The notes under the pieces were generated by a model that saw nothing but the letters and a program-made list of their open reading frames with translations, made no database searches and was not told where the DNA came from. Of a stretch of 64,000 nucleotides of DNA, positions 45,323 through 53,522 are shown one piece after another; the stretch's first letter is position 1; every line of letters begins with the position of its first letter. The DNA lies in IMG/VR virus record IMGVR_UViG_3300027740_000003, positions 32,001 to 96,000 of that record; one strand, given 5' to 3'. The position numbers and the translations under genes were made by a program. The DNA comes from a virus (Duplodnaviria; Caudoviricetes).

Positions 45323-45498
45323 ACAATACTAGAAAAAATGATGGCAAAAATAATTCCAACAAATGGAGCTGCCGTAGTATAAATAGCAGCAACACAAAAT
45401 GCCACGGCTGCTAGAATAAATACAACAACAAACCGCCCGAGATAATTTAAACTAGACATAGAAAAACTCTCCATTTTTGTATTCAACAATTTCTTCAT
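45310..45498 (-). CDS. small membrane protein (start uncertain)
   Basis: Two TM-like segments. Confidence 0.55.
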   Translation of the reverse strand: MKKLLNTKMESFSMSSLNYLGRFVVVFILAAVAFCVAAIYTTAAPFVGIIFAIIFSSIVWRN

Positions 45499-45802
45499 AA
45501 TCAATACCTTCTTCTTCGTCATCATCTTCTTCACACAAAAGAAAAGAAGGCATGGTCCCGTTTTCAATATCCGTTTCCCAATAATTATTCCAATGATCTG
45601 GAAAACCATTTAGTTTTTTAACATTATTTTCTATGTTTACAAATCTTTTAATAAGACCTTTGTGTTGTTGTGCCTTTTTAATACCTTTTAAATCTGACAG
45701 AACAAATTTAATGTATTTGATTATCGCCTGTGCTCTGTTTTCCACGGAATCAAAAATACAACAATCTTCTTCACTTCCTCCGACTGTTGCAATATAAATC
45801 AT
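45452..45802 (-). CDS. hypothetical protein
   Basis: Acidic C-terminus. Confidence 0.65.
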   Translation of the reverse strand: MIYIATVGGSEEDCCIFDSVENRAQAIIKYIKFVLSDLKGIKKAQQHKGLIKRFVNIENNVKKLNGFPDHWNNYWETDIENGTMPSFLLCEEDDDEEEGIDYEEIVEYKNGEFFYV

Positions 45803-46154
45803 TGGTGCCCCTTTGCTGAACTTGCCCAGCCCAAATCAACGTTAGATTATCGTCCCCTTATTCTACTATCCAACATGAGAATATTGGGAAAAGGGCAAAA
45901 AGTAATAATTTTGTTGCTCCCACTATTGTTGGAATTAAATGGGCAAAACTATTCCCGGCAATCATTCGATCAAAAACAATTACGGATTTGAAGAAACAAT
46001 TACCAACTATTTTTAAATTGGTTTATGAATCGTAAGAACAATAGGCACACCACCCTTAATGAAGGCATAGCTCTTAGCAATAAATCCTTCATATCGCCAT
46101 CGCCTAATAATCATTCTTGGAACTCTTTGTTTTGTCATAACAACTCCACATCAA

Positions 46155-46478
46155 CTATACAGCACTACAGTATTTATAATACTCCCAAGTTAAACATACA
46201 ACTTTTTCATCAGAACCATTAATAATGGTATCAGTACCAATAAATCCACATTCAATTCCATCTCGTCCGTCTGTATATTTGAATTCTTCTCTATATGGTG
46301 AAAGCTCAATAGCAATAATTGGCTTCAAAAGCCCATCTAAAATATCACCTGCTATGAAGCCGGAAAGTTCTGTGTCCCTATTGTTCAAATTGGGTTCGAA
46401 AATAATCTTCATATCTTTTGGAAACTGTTGCAAAACATTTATTAATTCTTGAACGGTATGGGCAGTTCTATAAGACAT
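46155..46478 (-). CDS. hypothetical phage protein
   Basis: TVQELINVLQQFPKDMKI motif. Confidence 0.7.
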   Translation of the reverse strand: MSYRTAHTVQELINVLQQFPKDMKIIFEPNLNNRDTELSGFIAGDILDGLLKPIIAIELSPYREEFKYTDGRDGIECGFIGTDTIINGSDEKVVCLTWEYYKYCSAV

Positions 46479-46530
46479 GTGTTTCTCCTATTATTATTTT
46501 ATGGTTGTTCCAAATGCTACAAATAAAAAG

Positions 46531-46650
46531 CCGGGAAACCTTCCGAAAACAAAAACTGGATCGGTTTTTTGTTTACACTAGCGAGATGCCGTTGTAGGTG
46601 GATGGTCTACAACCATATTTGCTACCACAAATTAGGAAAGAATTTCCCCG
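46531..46650 (-). ncRNA. Candidate multi-stem RNA immediately 3' of the atypical tRNA
   Basis: GGGAAA/TTTCCC closing stem with three hairpins, followed by a T5 run. Confidence 0.45.
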
Positions 46651-46724
46651 AACAACACCTAGGATTTGAACCTTAGACCTTCTGGATCCGTTCCAGACGC
46701 TCTGCCTGGTTGAGCTAGTGTTGT
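46651..46724 (-). tRNA. Atypical tRNA-like element (loop AACGGAT, nominal anticodon CGG)
   Basis: ACAACAC/GTGTTGT acceptor, GCTC/GAGC D-stem, TCTGG/CCAGA stem, TTCAAAT T-loop; A33, U73 and a T-stem mismatch. Confidence 0.65.
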
Positions 46725-46786
46725 CATCCCATTGATCTTTTTCAGCCGGCAAGATCTATAGCCTATGGGAAAGACTAAGCTTCCAA

Positions 46787-47248
46787 CTATTCAGTTGAAC
46801 TATATTGGTCATTGAATTCCTGAATAAATTCTTCTCTCTCTTCTCCTTCTAACCCCTCACATTCTTCTTCAAGAATCTTTTCATACAAAGGATGGGCTAA
46901 AGAAGAAATTTTCTCTTTAATCTCTTGCAAAGAATCTCCAACCCAAACAAAAGCCTGATCGTTCCCACCATGGGGCCAATCATCATCTCTTACATAAGCA
47001 TAAATTGCTTTATGTCCTTCTTCAAGAAGAGTTTTCAAATTGTCAAAACCACAAAGCCAAGATCCACATTGTATTGAGTAATATGGCTCTAGTGTTTTTT
47101 CAATCTTATTGAACGTACTACACTCGGCATCTTCATCATAATATGAGAAATCTTGTGAATCAATAATATAAGGAAGTTCCCTACATAGGCTTTTGCCGTC
47201 CTTAAACCAAGTGTCAATTCTAATTTCCATATTTCTTTCTTTTGACAT
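46787..47248 (-). CDS. hypothetical acidic protein
   Basis: Lies between two tRNA-like genes. Confidence 0.7.
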   Translation of the reverse strand: MSKERNMEIRIDTWFKDGKSLCRELPYIIDSQDFSYYDEDAECSTFNKIEKTLEPYYSIQCGSWLCGFDNLKTLLEEGHKAIYAYVRDDDWPHGGNDQAFVWVGDSLQEIKEKISSLAHPLYEKILEEECEGLEGEEREEFIQEFNDQYSSTE

Positions 47249-47260
47249 TCACGGGTTTAG

Positions 47261-47333
47261 TAGCAGTGCTTGGCCTTGCACCAAGATCTCCTGGCCTTAA
47301 GACCAGTCGCTTTAACAAATAAGCTACACTGCT
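47261..47333 (-). tRNA. Atypical tRNA with a 6-nt anticodon loop (CTTAAG) and TGCAAGG T-loop
   Basis: AGCAGTG/CACTGCT acceptor, GCTT/AAGC, CTGGT/GCCAG, CTTGG/CCAAG. Confidence 0.7.
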
Positions 47334-47349
47334 ATAGTTTCGGCATTGA

Positions 47350-47367
47350 GGGCTAGTCTCCTAGCCC
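47350..47367. other. GC-rich hairpin GGGCTAG-N4-CTAGCCC between the protein gene and the tRNA
   Basis: Read directly; no U-tract, so more likely a processing or stability stem than a terminator. Confidence 0.5.
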
Positions 47368-47388
47368 CCAATCCCATTGTGTTGTGAA

Positions 47389-47715
47389 TTACGCAGCCTT
47401 GAGCTTGGCAAGCTCTGCCTCCAACTTGGCAGCCTTCTCGGCAGCCTTGGCAGCCTTCTTCTCAGCAGCCTCAGCCTTCTTGGCAACCGACGCCGGAACG
47501 AAACTGGTAGGGACAATGCCCAGCTTTTGCTGGGTTTGGTAGCCCTCAATCAGCCCGTTGGCAAGCAGATAACTGACCACCTTGGCCCCGCCATCCTCCG
47601 CATCCGGAAGACCAAGAGCCGCTGCAACCGACTTACAGGTAGTCTTACCAACCTCACCACTAACAACCTCAGCCTTAACCGCCTCAACCAACACGTTCAG
47701 ATTAACATTTGTCAT
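47389..47715 (-). CDS. Small putative DNA-binding protein with Lys/Ala-rich tail
   Basis: Start MTNVNL after AAGG; helical N-domain; tail KKAEAAEKKAAKAAEKAAK; GC-richer than the surroundings. Confidence 0.75.
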   Translation of the reverse strand: MTNVNLNVLVEAVKAEVVSGEVGKTTCKSVAAALGLPDAEDGGAKVVSYLLANGLIEGYQTQQKLGIVPTSFVPASVAKKAEAAEKKAAKAAEKAAKLEAELAKLKAA

Positions 47716-47780
47716 ATTGTACCTTCTCTTTCTTTTTTTTGTTGTTGTGTCGGCCTTAGTCAATCCGTCCGACACCATCA

Positions 47781-47809
47781 ATCATAAGGCTCGATAACTA
47801 CTTCGTCAA
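47781..47809 (-). promoter_or_regulatory. sigma70-like promoter
   Basis: TTGACG-N17-TATGAT. Confidence 0.8.
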
Positions 47810-47818
47810 CCCCCGGCC

Positions 47819-48217
47819 TCACTTTTCTTTTTCGGACCGCGGGCCGGCCAAACTACCATTGGCCACCTCTGAAAATGCCTCGGCCAATGCACAACATGCT
47901 GAATTAGAAATTTTTTCTGCAACTATACTCTCAGATCCAAACCAAAGATAATAATTATAATTATCATTGCCAACTTGGAAAACAAATACTTCCCTTTCCA
48001 TTGAATGCTTTATAAAAGGATCGGAAAACATAAAAAGATTATCTTCAAAAGAAGCTGATTTATCATTGATAATCCAGCTGTCAGCAAAATCGCCCAACGG
48101 CTCATCAGAATGTGTCATTTTTTGACAAAGCTTTTCAACTTCCAAAAAATAATCAAAAACAACCTTCAGTGCACTATCCGAATTTTTATTGATTAAATTA
48201 ATTTTCATTTTGTCCAT
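47819..48217 (-). CDS. hypothetical protein
   Basis: Start likely MDKMKI after GAGGA. Confidence 0.65.
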   Translation of the reverse strand: MDKMKINLINKNSDSALKVVFDYFLEVEKLCQKMTHSDEPLGDFADSWIINDKSASFEDNLFMFSDPFIKHSMEREVFVFQVGNDNYNYYLWFGSESIVAEKISNSACCALAEAFSEVANGSLAGPRSEKEK

Positions 48218-48438
48218 TCCTCTTCTGGAGGCTGCTGATATCCCCAGCATCCTTCTGGCCTTGTATCATACATATCAGCAACGGTATGTAGCTCATATGA
48301 TAAACTATTGTTTTTGTATGGATTTATAATTTTAATCATGCCAATTAACATGATAGTAATCCTATCAGTAATAGCAAATCTAATATCTCTAAACTTCATC
48401 ATGACTGATCTGTATATGCACCAAATTTCAAAAATCAT
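48205..48438 (-). CDS. hypothetical protein
   Basis: Tiling ORF. Confidence 0.55.
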   Translation of the reverse strand: MIFEIWCIYRSVMMKFRDIRFAITDRITIMLIGMIKIINPYKNNSLSYELHTVADMYDTRPEGCWGYQQPPEEEWTK

Positions 48439-49193
48439 TTAAATTCCTCCGGGCATGGAGCATAATGCTCTGTCAACCAAGCACACTTAATCCCTGTAGC
48501 AGCCTGAAACTGTCCTTCACAAGCCAACCTATGAGCTTGTTTCCTAAAACTTTCCTTCTCAGGAACTTTCCCAGCCAACTTGCAATTCTTCAAACCAACC
48601 TGAATATGATTTCCGTCCTTATCAACGCCATACACAGTAGTGTTGCTTCTATCAGGCCGATTATATCCTTTGGCATAAAACTTGCCAAAACTTTTCCAGT
48701 TTTTCACAATAATCTGGGTTCCAACTGGAATATGAACCCATTCAATCTTATCCCTCTTCTTTTCGAGATATCCTTTGCCACTGCAAGTAAAACACTCTCG
48801 AATGTCCATATGGTTTTTCGGGTTAATCCACTTGCCAGAACCATCGCATTTCTTGCAAGGCTCTCGGTCCTTGAGCTGAAATTTACAAGCGATATTAACC
48901 TCAAGAACCAAACCCTCAAAAAGATGATCTGGTTCCGGACTCTCGTGGTTATGTTTGTTAAGATTATAAATAGAATTAATAATGAATTCTTCAAGAGCTT
49001 TGTAGGCCTGAAGAATACCAGGATGGCCGGCAGCAACCTTCTCCCCTGCCTTTTGGAAGCCTCCGGCATGGCGGGTTGACCTGACTAGTGGGGCTGAGAA
49101 AAAACCCGTCTCCGTGTCAAATACGGCCGTATGCCAATCCGAATCAGAATAACCATTAATTTCCCAATGACACAACTCAATAAGCATAATCAA
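48435..49193 (-). CDS. Protein with DnaJ-type CxxCxGxG zinc-finger repeats
   Basis: CKKCDGSG and CFTCSGKG. Confidence 0.75.
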   Translation of the reverse strand: MIMLIELCHWEINGYSDSDWHTAVFDTETGFFSAPLVRSTRHAGGFQKAGEKVAAGHPGILQAYKALEEFIINSIYNLNKHNHESPEPDHLFEGLVLEVNIACKFQLKDREPCKKCDGSGKWINPKNHMDIRECFTCSGKGYLEKKRDKIEWVHIPVGTQIIVKNWKSFGKFYAKGYNRPDRSNTTVYGVDKDGNHIQVGLKNCKLAGKVPEKESFRKQAHRLACEGQFQAATGIKCAWLTEHYAPCPEEFK

Positions 49194-49210
49194 CTCCTCG
49201 ACTCAGGACC

Positions 49211-49238
49211 AACTTAACCACGCCTAGCGAGGCGTCAA
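49211..49238 (-). promoter_or_regulatory. sigma70-like promoter
   Basis: TTGACG-N16-TAAGTT. Confidence 0.8.
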
Positions 49239-49247
49239 GGCTTCCAT

Positions 49248-49577
49248 CTAAAGTATTTGATACTCATCTAGATCAATTTTGATCTTCAGATCGTCTGGGA
49301 TTTCCTTTTCCGAAAAAACAGTGATAGGAATAATTTTGCAAAATTTGCCATAAACAATTTTATAAATTACTATATTGTCTAAATTAATTAGATTATCTTC
49401 ATTGAGAAGATTATATTGTTTTATATATTTAATAGAATCTTCTTTTGCTCCTTCCGGAGAATCTCCAAGTCCCCAGCAAACATCTTCAACAATACCTACA
49501 TAATCATTAATATCGTCATCGTTTATATCATCACCAGCAACTAAACATTGAACTTCGTATAAAGAAATTTCATTCAT
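49248..49577 (-). CDS. hypothetical protein
   Basis: Tiling ORF. Confidence 0.65.
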   Translation of the reverse strand: MNEISLYEVQCLVAGDDINDDDINDYVGIVEDVCWGLGDSPEGAKEDSIKYIKQYNLLNEDNLINLDNIVIYKIVYGKFCKIIPITVFSEKEIPDDLKIKIDLDEYQIL

Positions 49578-49864
49578 TTTATCTTCCTATCGTTCAACAA
49601 AACCCGAAGCATTACATCATAGAATTTACAATCTAAATCAAATTCTTTATCTGTTAAAAATCCTTCTGGATTATAATTGTATAATACACACGGCAAATCC
49701 CGACCTAATTCATCTTTTGGATAAGCTTCCAGGTCATAATTAAAGTTGCAGGAACAAGGGCTTCTTGGCACACAATCATCACAATAACCTTTGAACGTTC
49801 TGTAAAGAATATCACAAGGCATATAAATCCAAACAGCCAACTTGTCGCATTTACATTTAATCAT
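49574..49864 (-). CDS. Cys-rich hypothetical protein
   Basis: CKCDK..WIYMP...YCDDCVPR..CSC...DELGRDLPC. Confidence 0.7.
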   Translation of the reverse strand: MIKCKCDKLAVWIYMPCDILYRTFKGYCDDCVPRSPCSCNFNYDLEAYPKDELGRDLPCVLYNYNPEGFLTDKEFDLDCKFYDVMLRVLLNDRKIK

Positions 49865-49879
49865 TTGGTGTTTTCTTTA

Positions 49880-50113
49880 CTATACACGCCTAATATTTCT
49901 CAATTTTTCGTAAACAAGATTGCTGATCTCATTAAGTTTCTTTTCATAGGGTGCCTTAGCTTCTTCTAGCTTTGCTCTAAGAACCTCATATTCTAAATAT
50001 AGCTCTTCTGGAATTTCATGTCCTCTAGGATCCAACTGGACAGACACTGGTTTATTATAGTCATTATAATAAAAAGAAATTGATACGTTTTTCATTTTTG
50101 AATTCCTTAGCAA
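49880..50113 (-). CDS. hypothetical protein
   Basis: Tiling ORF. Confidence 0.6.
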   Translation of the reverse strand: MLRNSKMKNVSISFYYNDYNKPVSVQLDPRGHEIPEELYLEYEVLRAKLEEAKAPYEKKLNEISNLVYEKLRNIRRV

Positions 50114-50140
50114 TCAAAACACAACTCGTCCCCAGATCTA

Positions 50141-50364
50141 GGGATAAAAATAGCAGAAGGCCATTAGCCAGCTTCAACTAGGTTTCCCTATCCACCGACA
50201 CAGGCTTTATAACAATTCAATTCTAAAACAAGCATCATAGAGTTTCCTCTCAACTTATTTCCATGAACTGTTAATCGACACTTCCATACCGAGGCTTGTC
50301 GCCAAACTGTTTTTGCTGAAACCACTCAGCTTCACTTCGTAGGTTTTTCAGCTCCTACTATCCC
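50141..50364 (-). ncRNA. Candidate ~224-nt structured RNA downstream of the tRNA-Leu pair
   Basis: GGGATA/TATCCC termini; two GAAA-tetraloop hairpins; further stems; no ORF of 60 aa or more. Confidence 0.55.
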
Positions 50365-50382
50365 TTGGTTAAAAAGGATGGG

Positions 50383-50465
50383 TCCCACATATAGGACTTG
50401 AACCTATACCTAGATTACTAGAAAGGCTTCTAAAGCCTTCGCGCCTGCCATTACGCCAATGTGGG
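50383..50465 (-). tRNA. tRNA-Leu (TAG)
   Basis: CCCACAT/ATGTGGG, AAGGC-TTTAGAA-GCCTT, long variable arm, A73. Confidence 0.9.
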
Positions 50466-50481
50466 ATTATATTCTTGCTAG

Positions 50482-50566
50482 TAGCTCCTTCCCGACTTGA
50501 ACGGGAAATACCTTCCGGTAAATAGGGCTTGAACCTATCGCGTTTGCCAAATTTCGCCAAGGAGCC
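50482..50566 (-). tRNA. tRNA-Leu (CAA)
   Basis: GGCTCCT/AGGAGCT, ATAGG-TTCAAGC-CCTAT, long variable arm, A73. Confidence 0.92.
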
Positions 50567-50571
50567 AAACT

Positions 50572-50964
50572 TCATTTATTCATCTCTGTCCACTCTATAT
50601 ACGATTTCTTTACCTCCTCATCTTTGCATTCTAATTCTTTTTTAACTACTAGAAGTTGGTCAGCATAATCTGTCAGGCCTTCCACGGTAGTGCCAATCAC
50701 AGTATAATGCTCACCAGAGCTTCTGTCAACTAGAAAAACATGCCCGTCTAAAATATTAGCATAGTAGTTTTTAAAAGAATCTTTCGAAAAAGGATCAGAA
50801 GAAAAAACGCACATCCTCTCATTCTTAGTAAACCGTGGTATCTCCACGATCATCCAATGGTAATCGGAATATATTTTAATAGTTGCACCAATCTCTCCAA
50901 GAACATCACAAATTGCTTTTTGTGCCGAAAAATATTGGTCAATATTGTTGTCAAAATCAGTCAT
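50572..50964 (-). CDS. hypothetical protein, tandem paralog B
   Basis: MTDFDNNIDQYF ... ECKDEEVKKSYIEW. Confidence 0.8.
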   Translation of the reverse strand: MTDFDNNIDQYFSAQKAICDVLGEIGATIKIYSDYHWMIVEIPRFTKNERMCVFSSDPFSKDSFKNYYANILDGHVFLVDRSSGEHYTVIGTTVEGLTDYADQLLVVKKELECKDEEVKKSYIEWTEMNK

Positions 50965-50973
50965 GGCTTTTTC

Positions 50974-51393
50974 CTAAAGTTCAGAATTCATCATAGGAAA
51001 CTGGAGTCTTTCCATGAAACGTTCATTTCGCTCATCTTCACATTTTTCTCTCCACTCTATATATGACTTCTTTACTTCCTCATCTTTACATTCATGATCT
51101 TTTCTAAAAATCAAATGCTGTTGCTCATAACTTTCTGCACTAGAATCATAAAAAATATATACATTAACATAAATATCACTACTGTTGCTGTCAACACTTA
51201 ACACAACATAATCTAAATCAAATGGACCAGAAAATTCCACGGCTGGCGTATCAAAAAAGATACAAATATTATCATTAGAAGTCGTTCTTGGCGAATTTAT
51301 AATCATCCAATATTTGTTTCTATAATCTTTTGGATTGCCAATTTCTTTTTCAGCTGCAAAATATTGTTCAACGTTTTTGTCAAAATCAGTCAT
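50974..51393 (-). CDS. hypothetical protein, tandem paralog A
   Basis: MTDFDKNVEQYF ... ECKDEEVKKSYIEW. Confidence 0.8.
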   Translation of the reverse strand: MTDFDKNVEQYFAAEKEIGNPKDYRNKYWMIINSPRTTSNDNICIFFDTPAVEFSGPFDLDYVVLSVDSNSSDIYVNVYIFYDSSAESYEQQHLIFRKDHECKDEEVKKSYIEWREKCEDERNERFMERLQFPMMNSEL

Positions 51394-51403
51394 GGTTTTT
51401 CTC

Positions 51404-52270
51404 CTACAGAATTATAGATCCTTCAGCGTCCCAGCGATGTCGAATTCTTCCATCAGGAAAATAAATCAAATTCCTCATCTGATCATTACTAGTAGGTTTA
51501 GGATCTAAACAATTATTTATACATACATTCTGCCCAAAAACATCATACACCCTGGCTCCGTGCGCTAGCTCCAACACAACCATACCATGGAACTCTAACC
51601 ACTTGTGAATCTCACGCAAGGCCCCACGTGATAATGTGTGCTCTTCAACCCACTTCGAAACATTAGCATTGCTTGAATTGTCTGGCTTCGATACCGGCAA
51701 TAATGTAAGCTGCTCAACATGGTTCTGTTTTGCAAAATCAATCATGCATTTGATCTGCTCCGGAGTATCAGTAAAGTCTTTGCAAAGAATACAGATAAGC
51801 CTTACACCAAAACCAATTCCGTGCAGTTTCTTAATGGTCGGAATAAGATCTGGATATTTTTTACCTCCAGTATAAATTTTACTATTGATATCTGGGGAAA
51901 TGCTAGCGATACTAATCGCTATAGTAGATAGCCCTTTGGCGTACCAGTCAACCAAAATATCATTACTAATTTTTCCTCTAGCAATGCTCAAACCATTAGT
52001 CTGAAGTTCAACAATAGGAACAGGGTATTCGTTTAGAACATCTAGGTATTTAGAAATCAGTTCTGGCCAAAGAGTAGGCTCTCCTTTACCAGTAAGCATT
52101 GCTGTGGTTGCCCCCGCTTGAACAGCTAGTTTACAAGCAATATCAAAGTTCCTCCAATTGGGTTCAATTGGCTTTACTTCTGCTTCTCCAGTCATTCTAG
52201 AGACACAAAACGGACACCTGGCATCACAAGCACCACTTCCCGTCACTATACTAAATGTTTGAATTTGCAT
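51404..52270 (-). CDS. radical SAM protein
   Basis: CDARCPFC, LTGKGEPTL, ELQTNG. Confidence 0.9.
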   Translation of the reverse strand: MQIQTFSIVTGSGACDARCPFCVSRMTGEAEVKPIEPNWRNFDIACKLAVQAGATTAMLTGKGEPTLWPELISKYLDVLNEYPVPIVELQTNGLSIARGKISNDILVDWYAKGLSTIAISIASISPDINSKIYTGGKKYPDLIPTIKKLHGIGFGVRLICILCKDFTDTPEQIKCMIDFAKQNHVEQLTLLPVSKPDNSSNANVSKWVEEHTLSRGALREIHKWLEFHGMVVLELAHGARVYDVFGQNVCINNCLDPKPTSNDQMRNLIYFPDGRIRHRWDAEGSIIL

Positions 52271-52272
52271 AA

Positions 52273-52509
52273 CTAAACTCCCCTTAGGTCTACAACCACA
52301 TCATCTTGTTCAAGAAAATCCCTGTCCTCGTCAGAAAGAGCCATACGATTTTTAGATTCTAGTTGACTGGTAGCAATTTGAACAAATAGATTCCCTGAAC
52401 ATAGATTACCGTGTTGATAAGATCTTTTGAAAAGATCGTGTCTAACCTTTATAGGCAAATTAAAATTATTTTTTGCATCAACAACTTTGATTTCTCGATA
52501 TTTAATCAT
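52273..52509 (-). CDS. hypothetical protein
   Basis: Tiling ORF. Confidence 0.6.
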   Translation of the reverse strand: MIKYREIKVVDAKNNFNLPIKVRHDLFKRSYQHGNLCSGNLFVQIATSQLESKNRMALSDEDRDFLEQDDVVVDLRGV

Positions 52510-52856
52510 ACATCACATCCCGTATCGTCAGCAATTGACGATCCTTCTGCATAATCGTCTTCATTAAGAGCCTCTGCATCGCTGATATAAGGAACGTCAG
52601 GGAAGTATACAATCGTTCCCCGGCCTAATGAATCTGTTTTGGCCCCCTTCAAAAGCTGACCAATATCATATACTTCAGAATCTGACTCTCCAGAGGCATC
52701 TATTGCCGTAAAAATAGTCTCAACTACCAAAGTTGCTACAATATTTCCCACATTATCGTCTATACAAACCCCTAGACATTCCTTTCCATACATCCCCCTG
52801 CCAGAATAACTCCTTGTTCCGTATCCAGCTTCTTCAATAGCTTCTTGCAGATTCAT
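52506..52856 (-). CDS. conserved phage hypothetical protein
   Basis: RSYSGRGMYGKECLG ... DSLGRGTIVYFP. Confidence 0.75.
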   Translation of the reverse strand: MNLQEAIEEAGYGTRSYSGRGMYGKECLGVCIDDNVGNIVATLVVETIFTAIDASGESDSEVYDIGQLLKGAKTDSLGRGTIVYFPDVPYISDAEALNEDDYAEGSSIADDTGCDV

Positions 52857-53033
52857 AACTTATTTTCCTTCATTGCTTCTTTTGTGGTATCCCAAATTCG
52901 TTCCACTGTTGTTTGTAATCTGTTGGCTTTTTCAACAGTTCCTTTAAAAGGACAATTGCCAGCACCATATAAAGCCCCCTCAATAACTTTTTTAAAATCC
53001 ATTATGTGTTTTCTTTTCGAAGCCTATATGCTA

Positions 53034-53375
53034 TTAACACATGATGTAAGTTTCAAAAAACAATTGGTGATCAATTCCAAGTTCATCTGCTAACTTATCA
53101 GAGTTGGAACAGACGGCATTAATCCTTGCTTGGAAAACTTCCCGTCTTGTCTTCATCTGTTCTTCATATTGTTTACTCACAGCATCCCAAAACATATAAT
53201 CACTACCAACACCATCTACTTCAGTAAATTCATCCCCATCTTCCCAATATAGTTTAACTCCTTTATCAAAGGTCAGAACAATATCGATCTCTTCTCCCAA
53301 AATAAGTTTTCGGTATTCTTCTTTTAGAACGGAAATTCTATCAATAATATCTTTTGAAAAATTCTCTGTATTCAT
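53034..53375 (-). CDS. hypothetical protein
   Basis: Tiling ORF. Confidence 0.65.
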   Translation of the reverse strand: MNTENFSKDIIDRISVLKEEYRKLILGEEIDIVLTFDKGVKLYWEDGDEFTEVDGVGSDYMFWDAVSKQYEEQMKTRREVFQARINAVCSNSDKLADELGIDHQLFFETYIMC

Positions 53376-53522
53376 GATTTAATCTTCTCTCGAAATTAGT
53401 ACAAGAATATATGTTATTATATCAAGCTCCACCCAAACAATAGCGAACGTACAAACCAAATCCCACAATGTGTAGGTCATGTTTAATCAACTTTCTTAGT
53501 TAGCCCTGTAATTATTTTATTA

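Noticed and set aside
50369-50575. 68-aa minus-strand ORF
   Set aside because: It coincides with two well-formed tRNA-Leu genes.
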